In this document: one piece after another, positions 26,607 to 32,105 of the stretch
How positions within the stretch are numbered: the first letter of the stretch is position 1
Layout: each line of letters begins with the position of its first letter
Source of the DNA: a virus
Lineage: Duplodnaviria > Caudoviricetes
DNA: 32,105 bases
IMG/VR virus record: IMGVR_UViG_3300032243_001164
Coordinates: 1-32,105 of that record
Reading direction: 5' to 3' (one strand)
Program-made: the position numbers and the translations under genes
The notes under the pieces: generated by a model
The model's input: only the letters and a program-made list of their open reading frames with translations
Told to the model about the DNA's origin: nothing
Database searches by the model: none

Positions 26607-27602
26607 TTAGATCTTTTTGCCTGTGTTTTGCTGTAGTTCAGACTTGGTATTAACTGGCACTTTACCGCCTGTGGTCTGACCTTCGGCTCCGTGTTCGCTT
26701 TCCCAATTCTTACCAACTGGAGTTGTCTTCTTGCTACCGCCTGGTGCGTTTTGGAACTTCTCTTTAGAGAACTTGCCTTCGCCTTTGCTGTATTCGTTGT
26801 TGGGCTTTGGAATAGCTTTGCCGTCTGGAGCTTCGTTGTTGCCTTTGCCATTTAGGATGTTGTTGCTTGTGCCACCAAATTCTGGACCTGTTTCCAAGCT
26901 GACAGATTTAGTATTGCGCTCGCCTTGCTTTTCGCTCTTGGCACCTGTACCGGCCATGTGACCTTTAGGTCCTTTGGCTGGTTCTTGATCGTAAACTTGA
27001 CCAATTTGGTCTACATATTCACGCATCAATTGAGCAACGCTCTTAGGTCCTTGGCTTTTAGCTTCTTTAACTTCTTCCTTGGACTCTTCTTCTTTTTTGT
27101 CTTCTTCAGCGTCTTCATCAGACTCTTCAGCTTCCATCATGCTGTCATCATGGGAACCAACTTCTGCTGGAGCAGAAAATTCGTCGTCTTGTGGTTCGTC
27201 TTCGTCAGATCCGCCATCCATGTCCAATTTGGCTTGGATTTCAGCAAACATGTCTTTTAGCTCATCGATATCAGCTTTGGTAGCTGGCTCTTCACTAGCT
27301 GGCTCTTCCATTGGGCCGTCTGCTGACAAGTCGCCATGCATGTCGTGCTCGTCTTCATCTTCTGGATCTATGTCAAGATCAAGATCTTCGTCTTCGGCAA
27401 CACCACCGTTTTCATCGGCTGTTACTTCACGGCCAAGTTCTTCCACAGGCATGCCGCCCATGTTCTCTTGCATTTCGTCTTCGTCCATCAAACTTTCGTA
27501 GATGTCGCGACTTTTTTCTACTACAATCTCATGAAATAATTCACGAGCTTTTTGTTCGTTGTCATTGATGATATACTCAATCAATTTTTCATACTTGTTC
27601 AT
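26607..27602 (-). CDS. Acidic prohead core/internal protein
   Basis: 331 aa with a very D/E-rich N-terminal half and a G/K/P-rich disordered C-terminal half. It occupies the position of T4 gp67/gp68; AAGGAG RBS. Confidence 0.65.
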   Translation of the reverse strand: MNKYEKLIEYIINDNEQKARELFHEIVVEKSRDIYESLMDEDEMQENMGGMPVEELGREVTADENGGVAEDEDLDLDIDPEDEDEHDMHGDLSADGPMEEPASEEPATKADIDELKDMFAEIQAKLDMDGGSDEDEPQDDEFSAPAEVGSHDDSMMEAEESDEDAEEDKKEEESKEEVKEAKSQGPKSVAQLMREYVDQIGQVYDQEPAKGPKGHMAGTGAKSEKQGERNTKSVSLETGPEFGGTSNNILNGKGNNEAPDGKAIPKPNNEYSKGEGKFSKEKFQNAPGGSKKTTPVGKNWESEHGAEGQTTGGKVPVNTKSELQQNTGKKI

Positions 27603-27634
27603 AAGAACTCCTTTAGAATGTGGCTATGTGTAGT

Positions 27635-27640
27635 TATTTA
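27635..27640 (-). promoter_or_regulatory. Late promoter core TAAATA driving the core-protease-scaffold-capsid operon
   Basis: TGTAAATA embedded in the inverted repeat AGTTAT-ttac-ATAACT. Confidence 0.75.
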
Positions 27641-27706
27641 CATAACTGCGTATATTTCTGTGTTAAATGGGGGTTTTTTAAAGTTTTTTGACGGACTAGT
27701 CAAAAA

Positions 27707-27952
27707 TTACATTGGTGGAGCACCGGCTGCCGCGGCGTCGGGTGCCGGTTGATACTGAGTTGCAACCGATTTTAATTTCTTTTCATGTTCAAATTTACGC
27801 ACATCATTGGCTATTCTCAGCTTGTTTAGGTGTGCTAGAGTCAAGCGAGTCTTGCGTAGATCTTTGAGTTTGAGTACAGAATTATCATCTTTTTCTGTAT
27901 TATAACCCGGAAGATTTGGCTTAACTTCTTGTGTAAATTCGTATAGATTCAT
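27707..27952 (-). CDS. Small basic head-module protein (81 aa)
   Basis: MNLYEFTQ...RKTRLTLAHLNKLR...; start reassigned from 27979 to ATG 27952 because TAAATA lies 5 nt upstream of it. Confidence 0.7.
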   Translation of the reverse strand: MNLYEFTQEVKPNLPGYNTEKDDNSVLKLKDLRKTRLTLAHLNKLRIANDVRKFEHEKKLKSVATQYQPAPDAAAAGAPPM

Positions 27953-27957
27953 ATGTG

Positions 27958-27963
27958 TATTTA
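27958..27963 (-). promoter_or_regulatory. Late promoter core TAAATA, 5 nt upstream of ATG (probably leaderless)
   Basis: Minus strand reads GTTAAATA-CACAT-ATG. Confidence 0.7.
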
Positions 27964-27975
27964 ACCCTACCAGGG

Positions 27976-29685
27976 TCAAACTGGTGCCGCAGGGGCCGCA
28001 CCCACTCCGGGAGCCGGCGCCGGAGCTCCGGGTTCTGCTGGTGCCGCTTCTGCACCAGCGTCAGGAGTAACAGCACCCAGGTCGCTTTCAATACCGCCCG
28101 GACTGATGCCCATGCTACGCAGATTGGGAGCATCTGCAGGAGCTTCTTCCACGTTGCCACGTTCTTCGTTCCAGGCAATTTCGTTTTCGCTGATCTCCAT
28201 TTCGCTCATGCCTAGGTAGCGTTTCATCAAGAATCGCTTGGCCAGATATGGAAATTGTTCCAACTGTGTAAAGGTGGCAATACGAGCCGAATCAATGTCA
28301 GCTTGACGATATTGTGCAAAGTTTTGTGGCTCTTCAAAAACTAGATCAAACAGTTGCCCATCAATGTTAATGCCTCTCCAGCGCATGAACATCTTGAACT
28401 CTTGATCTAGTTTATCAATGATCATGCTCTGCAGGCGCTTACAGTACTGTGTAAAACGCCATTCTTGTATTAATGCTGTACCCACTTTACCATCACTAAA
28501 GCTCTGTGTTCCGTCATCTACACCTGTAGGCAAATAGCTGGCAGGAATACGCAAGCCACGGAACAACTTGTTGGTAAAGAAACGTAAATCTGTAATTTCA
28601 CCAAGGTTTTGTCCACCGGCCAGTGCTTCTACACTGGACCCACGACCATCTGCTGTGACAGGGAAGAAAAAGTCTTCGTTTTGGCTCAGAGGATTGTAGG
28701 TGGCATCCATCATGTTGACTCCACCTCCGGTTTGTGTGGGAATACGGCGCTGATGAATTTCGTTTTTGATGCGCTCCACGAACGCCATGGCCATGTGCGG
28801 CACCATGTTGCCCACGTCAATTTTGAAGATTCTACGCTCTGGTGCACGTTGCACACGATATATAATGATGGCGTCTTCCAACAGTTCTTTTTGTTTGAAT
28901 ACTTTAAACACATTCTCCAGCACACTATTGCCAAAGGGCCAGAATATGTCCAGGCCTTCTGTCAGGCTCAGGTGTACAATGTGTTCGGCATTGATAACAG
29001 CTTCGTTTTGTGCATGTTGGAAACGACTGCCTTGTCCAGTGGGTGAATTGGGTTGTGAGTAACTGCCCTGCGGTCCGCCAATCTGCGGGTGATTCATGAA
29101 AGTATCACTGGTGCTGACTGCTGTCACAGTTAGATTTTGAAAGTTGGGATTGATGTCTTTGATGATGTACTGTTCAGGCTTTTTGCCTTCGCCTTCGTTC
29201 ACAATGACCTTGACCACTTTGCTCATTTCTGTCCAAAACAGTTTAAATGTTTCTGGATCACGCAAGAATACCTGATCACCGTACTTGATGGTGTTGCGTA
29301 CAATTTTAAACACACGCTTGTTCATTTCGTTCAAGCTGACCCACTGCTGTAGCTGTTCTTTGATGATCTTTACTTCGTTGTCTGTGGGCTTTTCTTTAAA
29401 GTGTATGGTAAATGCTGTACCGTTTTCGTTGTTCTTTTGTGTACAGAACTCAGCCAGGATATCTAGTGCCGCATTGATTTCACTGTCCATGTCCATTTGC
29501 TCGTACTGATTGTAACGCTCAACGCGATTGGGGTGGCCCACATACACTTCGGGCAAGGAGCTTTGATAGTTGCGATATCCAGGATCTGTGGGATTTCCTG
29601 ACTGTGCTGTTGCACCCGAAATCGGGCTCACCGATCCACCGTACTGCAAATTGCTGGTTTTAAAATACTTTTTCCATCCGGCCAT
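27976..29685 (-). CDS. gp20: Portal vertex protein, T4 gp20 family
   Basis: 569 aa with LLEDAIIIYRVQRAPERRIFKIDVGNM, EDFFFP, LAGGQNLGEITDLRFF and LRIPASYL motifs. Confidence 0.95.
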   Translation of the reverse strand: MAGWKKYFKTSNLQYGGSVSPISGATAQSGNPTDPGYRNYQSSLPEVYVGHPNRVERYNQYEQMDMDSEINAALDILAEFCTQKNNENGTAFTIHFKEKPTDNEVKIIKEQLQQWVSLNEMNKRVFKIVRNTIKYGDQVFLRDPETFKLFWTEMSKVVKVIVNEGEGKKPEQYIIKDINPNFQNLTVTAVSTSDTFMNHPQIGGPQGSYSQPNSPTGQGSRFQHAQNEAVINAEHIVHLSLTEGLDIFWPFGNSVLENVFKVFKQKELLEDAIIIYRVQRAPERRIFKIDVGNMVPHMAMAFVERIKNEIHQRRIPTQTGGGVNMMDATYNPLSQNEDFFFPVTADGRGSSVEALAGGQNLGEITDLRFFTNKLFRGLRIPASYLPTGVDDGTQSFSDGKVGTALIQEWRFTQYCKRLQSMIIDKLDQEFKMFMRWRGINIDGQLFDLVFEEPQNFAQYRQADIDSARIATFTQLEQFPYLAKRFLMKRYLGMSEMEISENEIAWNEERGNVEEAPADAPNLRSMGISPGGIESDLGAVTPDAGAEAAPAEPGAPAPAPGVGAAPAAPV

Positions 29686-29703
29686 ATGTTAATCTCTTTG
29701 TGA

Positions 29704-29709
29704 TATTTA
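29704..29709 (-). promoter_or_regulatory. Late promoter core TAAATA
   Basis: GGTAAATA in the 31-bp gap upstream of the portal gene. Confidence 0.75.
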
Positions 29710-29716
29710 CCGTAGA

Positions 29717-32023
29717 TTAGTAACTGTTGTTCAGTATGTTGTTCGAAATACTGTTGGCTTGTCCCATCAAGTCACTTAGAGTCGAATTGATATCCAATTG
29801 TTTACTTGCTGTTTCTTTCATTTCTTCCAGGTGCTTGGCAATGGCCTCCATTGGACCACTTGAACTTGTGCCTGAACTCATGGATGTTGACAACTGTTTG
29901 ATAGCGGCTGCCAAATCCTGCATGACTTGATCGTTACCACCGGTGGCCATTTTGGTCAGGGCTTCAGTATCAAACGATACAGGAATACTTCTACCGTCGG
30001 GTAGCGGAACTGCGGCTTCGGGTCCGGCCTCACCAAAGATGGCCCGTTTATTTGTTATTCCACCCAGGGCAAATTGTTGCATTGCAGTTTGCATACCGCT
30101 GGTATCGTTGTCTGCGGTTGATGCTTCGTAGGCTTCTTTTTTCTTTTTCTGTTCTTCAGTCAGTCCAATACCGTAGTACTTCTGCATGATAGTACCATTT
30201 TTTGTACTTTCATTGTATTCACCGCGCAGTTTTTCCTGTTCGGCATGTTTGGCCTTGTTGCCTTCAGCTTCGTCAATCTTGCCCTTGACATAACCTGCAA
30301 AGTCTACAGCAACTTTTAGAGCTTCTTGGAAGTAGGCCATGGTTTCTGCGGCATTTTTTGCCAGTATGTTGGCATAGGCCGGCAGGTTGTCTGTGGCAAA
30401 CTTTTCCATTTGATTCTGGAATCCAGTCATTTGTGCTGTTAGCGATTGATAACCTTTGGTCAGGCCATCTGTGGCTTCGCTTTGTGAGATGGCCGCTTTG
30501 GTGCTCTTTTCTGCCGCATCAGGATCAAGTTGATAGTTATTGAGTTTGGTTTCTAAATCCGCCATTCCACTGGCAACGCCGCCGGTATTTTTACTCATCA
30601 ACTGTGCAGTACCCACAGCACTACCTTCGGCTAGAGTTTTTGCCCTGGTTGCTGCCGCCGCTTCGCTCATGGCCTTTTGTGTGTCTGCTGTCATTGATGC
30701 ACTACCAGCATTTACACCTGCCGCTGTTTTCTTCAACATTTCCATGGCTTCGGCATTGCCGGCAATCATTGGGTCTGTTACTGTGCCACCGGCAATCATC
30801 TGCATTAATGCAGTTTGCATTTCTGGACCCAAGGTGCTCATGGTGGCGTGTGCTGACAAAAATGCCTTGCGTTGGTCTCCATCCAACTTGTTCATTAATG
30901 CGCCGCGCATACTTTCTGAACGAGCCTTGTCCATCAACTTCTTGGCATCTTGTCCGGTGATGTCACTGATCACTTTCAAGTTAACTGCGTAATCTTTTGT
31001 TTGTTTGGCCAAATCAGCCGGAGCTAGATTTTTAATGTCTTGCCCGGATGCTTTCAGTGTGGCACCGTACTGTGCTACTAATCCTGCCTGTTCTTCGTAA
31101 GTATAACCCAGTGCTAGTAACTCATCACGCATGGAGCCACCACTTTTGCCCATAGTGGTAGCCAGGCTCTTTGCACCCTGTGCCATTATTCTAGCACCTT
31201 CGCCCTGTGTCAAACCCATGTTACGAATTTCTTCGCTACTTGCCACTGCGGCCGCTGTGAGCTGTTTAATACCCAGGCCCGAATCGTGTGCTATGTCGCG
31301 CATTTCCAACATGCCGCCGGCAAAGCTGGCGCCCACCTTGGTATATTCTTTTAGTGCATCTGCTGACTTCTGAAATTCTTTGGCAAATATTTCATTTGCC
31401 ATCTTAAGGATAGTGGTGGCAAAGTCAATCACAGCCTTGGCGGCCGCACTCATTGCATTTACTAGTCCTGTGCCAACACTGCTAAACGGACCCAAGATGC
31501 CAGCAGCCGCTGTGCCCAGGCCTGCGGCCACATCCACTGCGGCCTTGGCGGCCGCTCCGGCTAGGTCAATGTTGGTGGCCATCATGGTGGCGGCCGCGCC
31601 AATGGGATTTTCTGCCATGCTATCATAGCTGGTGGCAAATGCTGTGGCCACTGCGGCCGCCGACTGTGCCAAAGTTGACCCAAATCCCAACAGAGCATTG
31701 CCCACTTGCGAAGCACCTGAAGACACGCTCTGCCCCAGATTCTTCATGTACTTGCTGGTTGTTTCAGCCTGTTGATTGCTCTTGCCAGTTTGTTTGGCTT
31801 CTTCTTCTGCAGCCTTGGTACTCTTCTTACGAGCTTCCGTTTCTTTTTCTTGTTGTTTTAGTAGATCCTGTGCATTGCCAGCACCTTTGTTACCCACCAT
31901 GCCACCACCTGCACCACCCTTGCCCTGCATAGCAGTTAGAATTTTTTGTAAGGTTTCTTCAGACGCGGCATTGTCGGCAACCACGTTGCCGATTCCAGGT
32001 ATGTTGATTTGTACGCTAGCCAT
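29717..32023 (-). CDS. Tape-measure-like / baseplate hub protein
   Basis: 768 aa, A/M/K/Q-rich and helical with hydrophobic Ala/Gly stretches. The FALGGI...GEAGPEAAVPLPDG motif is typical of tape-measure C-terminal regions. Confidence 0.65.
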   Translation of the reverse strand: MASVQINIPGIGNVVADNAASEETLQKILTAMQGKGGAGGGMVGNKGAGNAQDLLKQQEKETEARKKSTKAAEEEAKQTGKSNQQAETTSKYMKNLGQSVSSGASQVGNALLGFGSTLAQSAAAVATAFATSYDSMAENPIGAAATMMATNIDLAGAAAKAAVDVAAGLGTAAAGILGPFSSVGTGLVNAMSAAAKAVIDFATTILKMANEIFAKEFQKSADALKEYTKVGASFAGGMLEMRDIAHDSGLGIKQLTAAAVASSEEIRNMGLTQGEGARIMAQGAKSLATTMGKSGGSMRDELLALGYTYEEQAGLVAQYGATLKASGQDIKNLAPADLAKQTKDYAVNLKVISDITGQDAKKLMDKARSESMRGALMNKLDGDQRKAFLSAHATMSTLGPEMQTALMQMIAGGTVTDPMIAGNAEAMEMLKKTAAGVNAGSASMTADTQKAMSEAAAATRAKTLAEGSAVGTAQLMSKNTGGVASGMADLETKLNNYQLDPDAAEKSTKAAISQSEATDGLTKGYQSLTAQMTGFQNQMEKFATDNLPAYANILAKNAAETMAYFQEALKVAVDFAGYVKGKIDEAEGNKAKHAEQEKLRGEYNESTKNGTIMQKYYGIGLTEEQKKKKEAYEASTADNDTSGMQTAMQQFALGGITNKRAIFGEAGPEAAVPLPDGRSIPVSFDTEALTKMATGGNDQVMQDLAAAIKQLSTSMSSGTSSSGPMEAIAKHLEEMKETASKQLDINSTLSDLMGQANSISNNILNNSY

Positions 32024-32035
32024 GAATTTTCCAGG

Positions 32036-32059
32036 TAAATATAACTATACATCTATTTA
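32036..32059. promoter_or_regulatory. Face-to-face pair of late promoter cores
   Basis: TAAATA on + at 32036-32041 and on - at 32059-32054, within a 49-bp gap between divergent genes. Confidence 0.7.
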
Positions 32060-32072
32060 TGGAGATCAAATC

Positions 32073-32105
32073 ATGGTGAATAATGCCGCTGATAACCCGC
32101 TGTTC
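32073..32105 (+). CDS. Start of a divergent gene (MVNNAADNPLF...), possibly a baseplate hub protein; truncated
   Basis: GGAG RBS 8 nt upstream of the ATG, plus an upstream TAAATA. Only 11 codons are visible, so the product is a guess. Confidence 0.45.
   Translation, partial: MVNNAADNPLF

Noticed and set aside
26579-28178. Overlapping minus-strand ORFs 26579-26851 and 27921-28178 as frameshift extensions
   Set aside because: No convincing slippery site with downstream structure was seen, and the main genes end cleanly.
1-32105. Stop-codon reassignment or eukaryotic virus origin
   Set aside because: Standard code gives dense, full-length genes; TAA, TAG and TGA all end genes at sensible points. 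Shine-Dalgarno sites and intrinsic terminators indicate a bacteriophage.

Overview
This window is a late (virion structural) region of a large T4-related tailed bacteriophage, almost entirely on the minus strand. In transcription order (right to left) it holds a tape-measure-like gene and then a T4-type head module: portal gp20, a small protein, an acidic prohead-core protein, prohead protease gp21, scaffold gp22 and a compact 387-aa major capsid protein gp23. Next come a lone plus-strand membrane gene and a separately transcribed 148-aa putative virion protein with a structured 5' leader. The remaining ~22.7 kb encodes 12 G/T/N/A/S-rich fibre or appendage proteins. These include a PKD-repeat protein, a 2076-aa repeat fibre, a lectin-domain protein, two fibres ending in different intramolecular chaperones (peptidase G2-like and S74-like) and a truncated glycine-rich gp38-like adhesin. 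A T4-late-like TAAATA promoter core sits upstream of 11 genes, and several transcripts look leaderless. The most interesting pattern is that the fibre genes reuse a few modules and show recurring C-terminal/N-terminal pairings between neighbours, which suggests a modular plug-and-socket, possibly branched, fibre system encoded beside the capsid genes. All family calls come from motif recognition by eye; no searches were run.
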